Shown here: piece by piece, positions 1 through 8,006 of the stretch
Position numbering within the stretch: the first letter of the stretch is position 1
Layout of the letters: each line of letters opens with the position of its first letter
Source of the DNA: Hyphomonadaceae bacterium
GTDB lineage: Bacteria > Pseudomonadota > Alphaproteobacteria > Caulobacterales > Aquidulcibacteraceae
DNA length: 64,000 nt
Reading direction: 5' to 3'
Assembly: GCA_050186805.1 (NCBI GenBank)
Contig: JBFWYC010000002.1
Coordinates: forward strand, 65,492 to 129,491
Notes under the pieces: generated by a model
Seen by the model: only the letters and a program-made list of their open reading frames with translations
What the model was told of the DNA's origin: nothing
The model's database searches: none
Position numbers and translations under genes: made by a program

Positions 1-1
1 G

Positions 2-1246
2 TGGGCGGGCGCTTCGATCATTACCGACCGGGTGACGCTTGGATTGGCGGCTATAGTGACCGCATGCGCCGGCGCCGCGCTTTGCGCGCAGCGCGGCGAC
101 GACGCGGCGCGCTGGGTGCTCGTGCGCGCGCATGGCGTGTCGATTGCCACAAGCCTTGCGAGCGTTCTGTTGCTAGCGGCGTGGTTCGTGATCGCGCAGG
201 CGCCGGCAAGCGCCGTGCTGAGTTTGACCCTGACCGGCCTCCTCCTGCTCGCCTTGGCCGCCATTGCGGTGCGCACTCGCGTCGCCCCGCCTGTGCTGCT
301 CGGGGTGACAGCAGCCCTCATCGTATCGGGTCTCATCGGCTACCAGCAGCAGCGCCATATGTTCGCGCCGCTGGGCGACGAACACTATTGGGCGCTGTTG
401 GCGAGCGCGGCGGCGCTGACGGCATTTGTGCTGGGCGCCAGACCACAGCGCGAAGGCGCGCACATGCTTGCCTTGGTGGGCGCGCTCGGATCCGCGCTGC
501 TTGTGCTGCTCGCGGCGTTCTCGGGGGAAAACTGGCACAGCTTCGCCGCCGCCGCGCCGCTCTTCTCGGGCTCCGCTCTCCTGATGGCGGCCGCCGTGCT
601 CGATCGCCACGCGCTTCCCGCCGACGCCAGCAAGCGCATCGATCTTTGGGCAGGCGCCGCGGCGGGCCTTGCACTCATCGGTGTCGAAGCCGCCTTCCCA
701 GCGAGCGCACGAACCGTTGGCCACGCGTGCGCGGCGCTGATTTTCGCCGTCGCCTGGGCGCGCAGCGATTGGCGCATCTTACGCCACGCCGCACTTGTCG
801 CCGCCGTACTCGCCGCACTGCAGACTTTGACGCCGGAGCTCGCAGCGCTCGCGCCCGACGATGCGATGCCGATCTTTGTGCTCTCGGCGCTCTTCTTGAT
901 CGCGGCCTCGCGCGCCGCCTCCGGGCATGCGCCAGCTTATGTGGCGCGCACATTGGGCGGTGCGGCGGCTACGGTGATGGTGGTCAGCTTGCCGATGGCC
1001 CTGCGCGAGGCGGGCGATGCGCGCGCAGTCTTGTTCGCGCTAAGTGCAGCCCTGCTGGCGCTTGCGCTCAACGCCCGCGCCGACGGCGCGATCGCGCGCA
1101 CGGCAAGCGCCATTGCCGCGCCATTCGCTTACGTCGGGCGCGCGATCGCTGACGGCATAGAGACCCTTGTTGCGCCGCGGGCGCCCGGTTCGCCGCTGCC
1201 GCCTATGTCAGGCGCGCGGCGTGATAGGCGACGTGGTCGCCGATGA
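2..1246 (+). CDS. Polytopic integral membrane protein, 5' end probably outside the window (DUF2339-like by composition only)
   Basis: The frame is open from the window edge. The product is a series of Ala/Leu-rich hydrophobic helices with short charged loops, unlike the Arg-rich overlapping frames. The family name is a guess. Confidence 0.5.
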   Translation, partial: WAGASIITDRVTLGLAAIVTACAGAALCAQRGDDAARWVLVRAHGVSIATSLASVLLLAAWFVIAQAPASAVLSLTLTGLLLLALAAIAVRTRVAPPVLLGVTAALIVSGLIGYQQQRHMFAPLGDEHYWALLASAAALTAFVLGARPQREGAHMLALVGALGSALLVLLAAFSGENWHSFAAAAPLFSGSALLMAAAVLDRHALPADASKRIDLWAGAAAGLALIGVEAAFPASARTVGHACAALIFAVAWARSDWRILRHAALVAAVLAALQTLTPELAALAPDDAMPIFVLSALFLIAASRAASGHAPAYVARTLGGAAATVMVVSLPMALREAGDARAVLFALSAALLALALNARADGAIARTASAIAAPFAYVGRAIADGIETLVAPRAPGSPLPPMSGARRDRRRGRR

Positions 1247-2036
1247 AGCTGGCCATGAAGAAATAGGAATGATCGTAGCCTTGGTGGCGGCGCAGCGTGA
1301 GCTTCTGACCCGCCTTCGCCGCCGCCGCCTCCAACATTTCGGGCTTGAGTTGGCTTTCCAAAAACTGATCGCCCAGGCCCTGATCGACCAGAATGTCATC
1401 GAACGGCTTGGCTTTCCCGGCTTCGATCAACAGCGCCGCGTCGTGCGCGGCCCATAAGGCGCGATCACCGCCGAGATAAGCGCTGAACGCCTTCTCGCCC
1501 CACGCACAGCGCGTCGGCGACGAGACCGGCGCGAAGGCCGAAACGCTCTTGAACAGGCGCGGATGTTTCATCGCCAGCGTCAACGCCCCGTGGCCGCCCA
1601 TGGAGTGGCCGAAGATCGAGCGCTTGGCCCGCAGCGGAAATGCGCCTTCGACCGCTTCGATCAGGTCGCGTGTGACGTAGCTCTCCATCTTGAAGTGCGG
1701 CGCCCACGACGCTTGCGTGGCGTCGATATAGAAGCCGGCGCCTTGGCCGAGGTCGTAGGCCGGATCATCCGCAACACCCTCACCACGCGGCGACGTGTCC
1801 GGCGCAACGATCGCCACGCCATGTTGGGCCGCATAACCATATGCCCCGGCCTTGGTTGTGAAATTGTCTTCCGTGCAAGTGAGGCCGGACAGCCAGATCA
1901 GATACGGAAATGGACCGGCGCCAGGCGGGGCGAACACCGAAAACGTCATCTTTGTGCCGGTCGCGGCGCTAGCATGATGGCCGTAGGCGAGCGCGCCGCC
2001 ATGCACGCGGTGCGTCTTGGTGATCTCCACGCTCAT
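1203..2036 (-). CDS. fghA: S-formylglutathione hydrolase (esterase D family)
   Basis: 277 aa. Contains the GHSMGGHGAL nucleophile elbow, the LSGLTCTEDNF motif and C-terminal YDHSYFF, as in FrmB/FghA. It is the last gene of the formaldehyde operon. Confidence 0.93.
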   Translation of the reverse strand: MSVEITKTHRVHGGALAYGHHASAATGTKMTFSVFAPPGAGPFPYLIWLSGLTCTEDNFTTKAGAYGYAAQHGVAIVAPDTSPRGEGVADDPAYDLGQGAGFYIDATQASWAPHFKMESYVTRDLIEAVEGAFPLRAKRSIFGHSMGGHGALTLAMKHPRLFKSVSAFAPVSSPTRCAWGEKAFSAYLGGDRALWAAHDAALLIEAGKAKPFDDILVDQGLGDQFLESQLKPEMLEAAAAKAGQKLTLRRHQGYDHSYFFMASFIGDHVAYHAARLT

Positions 2037-2530
2037 GCTGGCTTTGCTCCGTCGCGCGCGAAGCCCGCCATCAGCTCCGGATATTGATGCGGCTCTGGAA
2101 ATTTTTCGAAGCTGTGCCGAGCGCCGCTGACGACCCCCGGCAGCTTCTCACTCACGTAGGATTCTATGTAAGGCGCGACCCAGCTGGCATCGTCCAGCAT
2201 GGTCGGCCGGAAATTGACGAACTGCCCGCCGGCGATGCCGGAGGTGTAGAGCCAGTTTTTGCAGTACGCGCAAAAATGATGGACGCTGCTTTCGCGATGC
2301 TCGCCGCCGATTTCGGTCGCGCCTTCTACGTCGAGCGCCTCGGCTGGCAGCATGAGCGAGAGCGAGTACGGCCCGCTGGTGAGTTTCTGACAGCCGCGGC
2401 AATGGCACGCCATCGCAATGATCGGCGGCGCGCTCACGCGCATCTTCACCCGCCCGCATAGGCAGGCCGCACTCCACGGCAGCTTCCAATCCATCACTGG
2501 CGCACCTCGCTCCATCAGCGGCGGCGACAA
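2033..2530 (-). CDS. GFA-family (CENP-V/glutathione-dependent formaldehyde-activating-like) zinc protein
   Basis: Cys clusters CLCG...CHCRGCQK...FCAYCKNW are typical of the GFA domain. ATGA overlap with the fghA start. Confidence 0.8.
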   Translation of the reverse strand: MSPPLMERGAPVMDWKLPWSAACLCGRVKMRVSAPPIIAMACHCRGCQKLTSGPYSLSLMLPAEALDVEGATEIGGEHRESSVHHFCAYCKNWLYTSGIAGGQFVNFRPTMLDDASWVAPYIESYVSEKLPGVVSGARHSFEKFPEPHQYPELMAGFARDGAKPA

Positions 2531-2534
2531 ACAA

Positions 2535-2909
2535 TCACGCGCCGTCGTTCGGGTAATTGAAGAAAAGCTGATTACCGTCAGGATCGTCGATCACGAACAG
2601 CCGATAGCCCCAGCGCCCATCCCGAACCGGCGCGCCGCGTGTCTCGAGCTCCGCGCGCGCAGCATCCATGGTGGCGAGACTGCCGTCGCCCAGCGACACA
2701 AACAGCAAGCCCTTGCCGACTTTCTCCGGCCATTGGCTGCAGAGGATGATTTCGCACCCCTGGCGCTCGACTTGCGCCACGAACACCGTCCCGCCCTCAT
2801 CAAACTGCCAGCGTTGTTCGAAGCCGGGCTTCTGCACATAAAACTCGATCGATCGCGGCACGTCGGCGACATGGAAAACCGGACGGGCGAACCAATCGCT
2901 CATGATCAA
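2535..2909 (-). CDS. VOC/glyoxalase-bleomycin resistance superfamily protein
   Basis: 124 aa with a VOC-like beta-alpha-beta pattern ([13 protein letters not shown]..., C-terminal [13 protein letters not shown]). 4-nt overlap with adhC. Confidence 0.8.
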   Translation of the reverse strand: MIMSDWFARPVFHVADVPRSIEFYVQKPGFEQRWQFDEGGTVFVAQVERQGCEIILCSQWPEKVGKGLLFVSLGDGSLATMDAARAELETRGAPVRDGRWGYRLFVIDDPDGNQLFFNYPNDGA

Positions 2910-4015
2910 TAAACCACCACGCTCCGAATGCTTTCGCCTGCGTGCATGAGATCAAACGCTTCGTTGATGCGTTCGAGCGGCAGCTTATGCGTGATCATCG
3001 GGTCGATCTGGATCTTCTTATCCATGTACCAGTCGACGATTCTAGGCACGTCGGTGCGCCCGCGCGCGCCGCCGAAGGCGGTGCCCTTCCACACCCGCCC
3101 CGTCACCAATTGGAACGGCCGCGTGGCGATTTCCTTGCCCGCTTCGGCGACGCCGATAATTATGCTCTCGCCCCAGCCGCGATGGCAGGCTTCAAGCGCG
3201 GTGCGCATCACTTGCGTGTTGCCGGTGCAATCGAATGTGTAGTCGGCCCCGCCGCCGGTGAGCTCCACCAGATGCGCGACCAAATCACCCTTCACATCGT
3301 TCGGATTGACGAAATGCGTCATGCCGAATTTGCGTCCCCATTCTTCACGCTTGGGATTGATATCGACGCCGACAATCTGGTTGGCGCCAACCATCTTGGC
3401 ACCCTGGATGACGTTCAAGCCGATGCCGCCCAAGCCGAACACGATGACATTAGCGCCGGGCTCGACTTTCGCTGTGTTGGTCACTGCGCCGACGCCGGTG
3501 GTGACGCCGCAACCGATATAGCAGGCGCTCTCGAACGGCGCGTCACTGCGAATCTTCGCCAGCGCGATTTCCGGCAACACGGTGAAGTTCGAAAACGTCG
3601 AGCAACCCATATAGTGCGCGACCGGCTTGCCCTTGTAGCTGAAGCGCGACGTGCCATCGGGCATCAGGCCCTTGCCCTGCGTGGCGCGGATGGCGGTGCA
3701 GAGATTGGTTTTGCGTGAGAGGCAGCTTTTGCATTGCCGGCATTCCGGCGTGTAAAGCGGAATAACGTGATCGCCGACGGCGACGCTCGTAACGCCGGCG
3801 CCAACTTCGCGCACGATGCCCGCGCCTTCATGGCCGAGGATGCTGGGAAAGATGCCTTCGCTGTCGAGCCCGTCGAGCGTGTAGGCGTCCGTATGGCAGA
3901 TGCCCGTCGCCTTGATCTCGACCAGCACCTCGCCGGTCTTCGGGCCTTCGAGATCGAGTTCGACGATTTCCAGGGGCTTTTTGGCTTCGAACGCAACCGC
4001 AGCTTTGGTCTTCAT
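2906..4015 (-). CDS. adhC: S-(hydroxymethyl)glutathione dehydrogenase / class III alcohol dehydrogenase
   Basis: 369 aa. Has the zinc-ADH signature [17 protein letters not shown] structural-zinc cysteines and the GLGGIGL Rossmann motif. High resemblance to FrmA/AdhC. Confidence 0.95.
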   Translation of the reverse strand: MKTKAAVAFEAKKPLEIVELDLEGPKTGEVLVEIKATGICHTDAYTLDGLDSEGIFPSILGHEGAGIVREVGAGVTSVAVGDHVIPLYTPECRQCKSCLSRKTNLCTAIRATQGKGLMPDGTSRFSYKGKPVAHYMGCSTFSNFTVLPEIALAKIRSDAPFESACYIGCGVTTGVGAVTNTAKVEPGANVIVFGLGGIGLNVIQGAKMVGANQIVGVDINPKREEWGRKFGMTHFVNPNDVKGDLVAHLVELTGGGADYTFDCTGNTQVMRTALEACHRGWGESIIIGVAEAGKEIATRPFQLVTGRVWKGTAFGGARGRTDVPRIVDWYMDKKIQIDPMITHKLPLERINEAFDLMHAGESIRSVVVY

Positions 4016-4067
4016 GCGCGCCTCTCCGTGCTTGGGCGCGCTTATAGCCGCAAGGCTCGCGTCTGTC

Positions 4068-4463
4068 CTACCGCTTTGACGACGAGCGTTTCGTTTTGGC
4101 GCGCCGCGTCGGCGCCTTCGGACGTCTAGCCGGGGCCTTCTTCTTCTTGGCCTTTTTCGGCGCGGCGGGTGGGCGCACGGCGCGCGATGATGGCATGTCC
4201 ATCAGAAAAAGCCGCGACATGCGCGCGATCTTCTCACGCACGTCCGGCGCGACCTCACCACCGTGGCCGGCAAGCATGCGCACCGCGTCGATCGGCACCA
4301 AGGCGGCCACGGGATGACCGTAGCGGTCGAACCCGATCACCGTGTTATGCGCTTGCGCGGTTTCCAGAGCCTCGGCGAGATTGGCGCGGCCTGTTGACGT
4401 CGAATAGCGAGACGTGGCGCGGGATCTGCCGGCCGGCTTCCGCTTCAGCTCATTGGTTTTCAT
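4068..4463 (-). CDS. Hypothetical protein with a Phd/YefM-like core and a Lys/Arg/Pro/Ala-rich basic tail
   Basis: The segment [21 protein letters not shown] resembles an antitoxin core. The C-terminus is [28 protein letters not shown] coupling to the upstream ORF. Confidence 0.6.
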   Translation of the reverse strand: MKTNELKRKPAGRSRATSRYSTSTGRANLAEALETAQAHNTVIGFDRYGHPVAALVPIDAVRMLAGHGGEVAPDVREKIARMSRLFLMDMPSSRAVRPPAAPKKAKKKKAPARRPKAPTRRAKTKRSSSKR

Positions 4464-5176
4464 GTCGTCAGCTCACTTGGTTGTGGCAGTTCGCCAAACC
4501 ACGAAACGTCCCATAGCTCGTCAATGCTCTGAGGTTCAAAACTGAAAATTCTGTCAATGACGGCGCGCACCGTACTTAATGGCGCGCTGACTAAAATTAG
4601 ATCACGAAAGTCTTGCGTTGATGCAGCAAATCGACGGGACATCTCTATCACTGCAAGTGGCGCTATCGGTTGCGGTCGATGCAAAAGCGGTACCCGAATC
4701 TGACTCGCAAGATGCGCTAGCGAATGTGCGTCCCTCAAGGTGCTGGTGTCTGCAAAGAATGCGGTGAGTTTGCGACCGAGCTGCGTTTGCTCCCAATTCT
4801 CCACAAGCCGGACTAACCGCGTTATCCGCGCGCGCCGCATGCGCGCGGCCGCAGCCGCTTGCCGCTTTTGCTCGACGGCGTTGCGGCGGCGGCGATTGGC
4901 GCGGCGCGCGCGCGGCGGCAATCGCGCCGGCAGGCGATCGATTTCGAGCACCCATTCACGATCGTCGCAACTGAACACCAGCAAAAAAATGTAGTCGAAC
5001 ATCTCGAACACGACGCGCGACGGGCGATAGCCTTCGCCCTCGGCTTCCATATCCAGCGCTTCCTGAATGCGCGCCCGGCAATAGCCGCGCAGCGCCCTGA
5101 TCTGCGGCGTCGTGAAATGCTCGATCGCCGCGGTGAAACTTTCGCCCCAACGGAATCGCCTCGTCAATTCACACAT
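4460..5176 (-). CDS. Hypothetical protein, no recognisable domain
   Basis: 238-aa ORF in a locally AT-richer stretch with an Arg-rich central helix. It is the first gene of a two-gene unit. Confidence 0.55.
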   Translation of the reverse strand: MCELTRRFRWGESFTAAIEHFTTPQIRALRGYCRARIQEALDMEAEGEGYRPSRVVFEMFDYIFLLVFSCDDREWVLEIDRLPARLPPRARRANRRRRNAVEQKRQAAAAARMRRARITRLVRLVENWEQTQLGRKLTAFFADTSTLRDAHSLAHLASQIRVPLLHRPQPIAPLAVIEMSRRFAASTQDFRDLILVSAPLSTVRAVIDRIFSFEPQSIDELWDVSWFGELPQPSELTT

Positions 5177-5249
5177 GGGGTGTCCTCGCCTCTTTTATAT
5201 GCCGCTGCCGGGGTGAAGCGAAAACACACGCAATCGCGCACAGCGTCAA

Positions 5250-5306
5250 TGTACAAGATTCTACATGTGTCTTCGGCGCAAGCGGGGCGGCTAAACTTTT
5301 GTACAA
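5250..5306. promoter_or_regulatory. Two TGTACAA motifs 50 bp apart; the first lies within TGTA-N8-TACA dyad symmetry
   Basis: TGTACAAGATTCTACA at 5250-5265 and TGTACAA at 5300-5306, in the AT-rich upstream region of the 4460-5176 gene. Confidence 0.25.
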
Positions 5307-5576
5307 CATGGGCTTTGTTTTTGACGGCGGCGTCGGCGCGGCCGATGGTGCGCGGGGCGGCAATTGGGGGCCGTTGGCGGACGCCGGCGGGCGGCGCAAA
5401 GCAGCTCGCCCGCCGGTGTCTTGCGCCTTAACTCTTACCCCTGGTTCCGGGCGCGCCCGGCGGCCCCCAACCCCCCAGGCGAAAAAATCTTTGTCAGCAA
5501 GGGAACGCCCCCCTGGGGTGGACGTTGATTGCACGGCGCCGACCTACTCCCCCCGCCCAAGGCGCCACCGCAGCAC

Positions 5577-5600
5577 GGGCCGGATCGAGAGATCCGGCCC
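5577..5600. terminator. GC-rich stem-loop downstream of the cpdA-like gene
   Basis: GGGCCGGATC-gaga-GATCCGGCCC. A T5 run follows 6 nt later on the + strand and an A5 run precedes it on the - strand, so strand assignment is ambiguous. Confidence 0.4.
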
Positions 5601-5636
5601 ACCTGCTTTTTGGGGTTCCCCGTCCGGAGCGGGCGC

Positions 5637-6398
5637 TCAAAGACCCATGAAATGGCTGGTGATCGCCCCGCTGGCGGCGGTCCAAGCGTGCAGCATCCAG
5701 CCCGGCTGCTCGGCGGTTTTGGGCGCGATTTGCTGGCCCTCCCGCAATGCCAGGCCATAAACCCACGAACTGGACGGTGCGATGATCGCCGGCGCATGCG
5801 CGATTTGGCCGATGGCGACGCGGTGGTGGTGGCCGCATATGACACGCGCCACTTGGCGGTGCTTGGCGATGACGCCGGCGAACAGGTCGGCGTCCAAGAG
5901 CCCGATTTTGTCGAACAGCAGGTCGTGGGTCAGGAACGGCGGATGGTGCAGCGCCACGATGGTGGGCTTGGCCGGCGCCGCGGCGAGCGTCGCGTCGAGC
6001 CATGCCGCGCCCTCGGCGGTGAGGTAGCCGTGTGTCTCGCCCGGCGTGATCTGATCGATCGCGACCACCCGCACCGCGAACTGATCCACCGCAAACGAGA
6101 GCGCGCCCGCGCGCGGCAAATAGAGGTGGCGCGGAAACATATCGCGAATGAGCACGCGGTCGTCGTGATTGCCGGGCAGCATGAATAACGGCGCCGGCGG
6201 ATTGACGATGGCTTCAGCCAACGCCGCATATTCCTCGGGCCGCGCATCGTTGACGAGATCGCCGGTCAGCAGAATGGCGTCGGCGCCGTACTCCGCCGCC
6301 TGCGCCATGGCCCGCTGCAGCTGCGCCGCCGCCGCGCCGCCATCGTCGGCACGCACATGCGTGTCGGAAATCTGCGCCAGGTTGAAGCGATCGCTCAT
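5637..6398 (-). CDS. cpdA: Metallophosphoesterase, 3',5'-cyclic-nucleotide phosphodiesterase (CpdA-like)
   Basis: Has the calcineurin-like motifs ISDTHV, LTGDLVND, LPGNHDD and GHHH, at CpdA length (253 aa). Confidence 0.8.
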   Translation of the reverse strand: MSDRFNLAQISDTHVRADDGGAAAAQLQRAMAQAAEYGADAILLTGDLVNDARPEEYAALAEAIVNPPAPLFMLPGNHDDRVLIRDMFPRHLYLPRAGALSFAVDQFAVRVVAIDQITPGETHGYLTAEGAAWLDATLAAAPAKPTIVALHHPPFLTHDLLFDKIGLLDADLFAGVIAKHRQVARVICGHHHRVAIGQIAHAPAIIAPSSSWVYGLALREGQQIAPKTAEQPGWMLHAWTAASGAITSHFMGL

Positions 6399-6494
6399 GC
6401 GCCAAGCCCCAGACGCGACGTCGCGCCGGCCCTCCCGCGGCGACGCTGCGCCCGCGCTTCTGCTTTGTCTGTAACCGAAGTCACACTACTCGCA

Positions 6495-7946
6495 TCAGTC
6501 CAGCGCGCGCGCGACGCGGAAGCCGAGGCCCGGCGCGCGTTGCGTGGCCGGCGCAAAGCGACGCGCGGCGGCGCGCAGGGTCGGCGCCTGGTCGGCATAG
6601 CCCCCGCCGCGGAACACCCGGCGCGTGCAATTGTCGGCTTGCACCGCCACGCCATCGACAGGCGCGCCGTCATAGGAATTGACGTAGCAGTCCTCGACCC
6701 ATTCGCCGACATTGCCGTGCATGTCGAACAGCGCAAAAGCGTTGCCGCCATGTTGTCCAACCGGCGTCGGCTGACGCGCGCGATACGTCGCTTGCGCGGC
6801 GGTGACGCGCGGACCGAACGTGTAGGCGTCGGCGACGCCGGCGCGGGCGGCGTATTCCCACTCCGCCTCGCTCGCCAAACGATACCGCAGCCCGCCAGCC
6901 TGATCGTTTAGCCAATCCAGATACGATTGAATGTCGTTCCACGAGACATTGATGACGGGCCGGTCGCCACGGCCCCAGCCGCCATCGGCGGGCGAATAGC
7001 CATTGCAGCCGCCGCCCGCGAGACACGCGTCCCACTGTGCGAAGGTGACTTCGTATTTGCCGATCGCAAACGGGGCGACCGAAACCTCGCGCTGCGGGCC
7101 CTCATCGCGACCGCGGCCGGTTTCGCTCAGCGGCGAGCCCATCATGAACATGCCGCCGGCCAGCACCACCATTTCCGGGCAATTGTCGCAATCGCGGAAG
7201 GCATAGCCAGGCGTGTAAGTCGGCGCCGCGGGACCGGACACCGGCAGCGTCAATGTTTCATCGGGCGCGGCGATGCTGGGCTGATCCGCCACGGTCGCTT
7301 CGTCTTGCGGCAGATATTGCTGCACCATGCGATAGACGGTCGGGCCGAAATAGATCGCCGCCGCCAGCACGGCGGCTGCGCCCAACATCCACACCACGCG
7401 ATTAGCTTGCCGCGCAAAGCGCTGGCGCTTCGACAAGATCTCGAACGTCTGCACGCGCTGCTCGATGTTATCGAGCGGCTTTTGGCCCTTGGATTGGAAC
7501 GCCGCCGTCGGGCTGGTGCGCGCCATCGAGCGAAACTCGGCCGACACCAACGCCGTCCCCGGCTCCGCCAAAGCCTGCAGACGCGCCGCGACATTGACGC
7601 CGTGGCCAAGCAGATCGTCGGTCGCGGTGACGACGACATCGCCGACATGGGCGCCGACACGGATCGGCGGCTCGCCACGTTGGCGCTTGTCGAGAATATC
7701 CTGCACCGCGCTTAGCGCCGCGCCCGCAGACGCGAACTCAAGCATGAAACCGTCGCCCGCCGTATTGAACAGGCGTCCGCCATGTTTGCCGGCGACATCG
7801 ATGATGCGCGTGCGCAGGCTTTCGACCTTGCGCGCAGCGTTGCGCTGGTCGCGTTCGGACATGGTGGAAAAGCCGACGATGTCCATCGACACGATGGACG
7901 CCAGTCGAATGGCACGTTCTTCAGTCGGTTGTTGGTTTTCAGCCAC
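6495..7946 (-). CDS. Class III nucleotidyl cyclase domain - TM helix - FGE-sulfatase (SUMF1-like) domain fusion protein
   Basis: N-terminal MDIVGFS...AGDGFMLEF...GHGVNVAARL cyclase motifs. TM helix VVWMLGAAAVLAAAIYF. C-terminal FGE motifs (GKYEVT..W, RLASEAEWEYAARAG, HGNVGEWVEDCY, RVFRGGGY). Confidence 0.85.
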   Translation of the reverse strand: MAENQQPTEERAIRLASIVSMDIVGFSTMSERDQRNAARKVESLRTRIIDVAGKHGGRLFNTAGDGFMLEFASAGAALSAVQDILDKRQRGEPPIRVGAHVGDVVVTATDDLLGHGVNVAARLQALAEPGTALVSAEFRSMARTSPTAAFQSKGQKPLDNIEQRVQTFEILSKRQRFARQANRVVWMLGAAAVLAAAIYFGPTVYRMVQQYLPQDEATVADQPSIAAPDETLTLPVSGPAAPTYTPGYAFRDCDNCPEMVVLAGGMFMMGSPLSETGRGRDEGPQREVSVAPFAIGKYEVTFAQWDACLAGGGCNGYSPADGGWGRGDRPVINVSWNDIQSYLDWLNDQAGGLRYRLASEAEWEYAARAGVADAYTFGPRVTAAQATYRARQPTPVGQHGGNAFALFDMHGNVGEWVEDCYVNSYDGAPVDGVAVQADNCTRRVFRGGGYADQAPTLRAAARRFAPATQRAPGLGFRVARALD

Positions 7947-8006
7947 GGCTCAGTCCCCACGCGCGGGGGACGATAACCCTCCCCCGAGGACATTTCCATC
8001 CTTCTC

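Noticed and set aside
1203-1246. The 44-nt convergent overlap of the membrane-protein ORF with fghA as a possible regulatory antisense arrangement.
   Set aside because: More likely the membrane-protein ORF simply reads through a low-stop-frequency GC-rich tail (its last residues are Arg-rich). There is no independent evidence for function.
5177-5636. tRNA, tmRNA, 6S, SRP or RNase P RNA in the long intergenic gap.
   Set aside because: There is no T-loop (GTTCRANYC) sequence, no tag-peptide frame ending in Ala-Ala-stop, and no SRP domain IV motif. Only generic GC hairpins are visible.
6495-7946. The cyclase as a Pycsar/CBASS-type antiphage signalling enzyme.
   Set aside because: No adjacent effector with a cyclic-nucleotide-binding, TIR, patatin or pore-forming TM domain is present. 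The neighbour is a phosphodiesterase, and the cyclase is a membrane sensor fusion typical of signal transduction.
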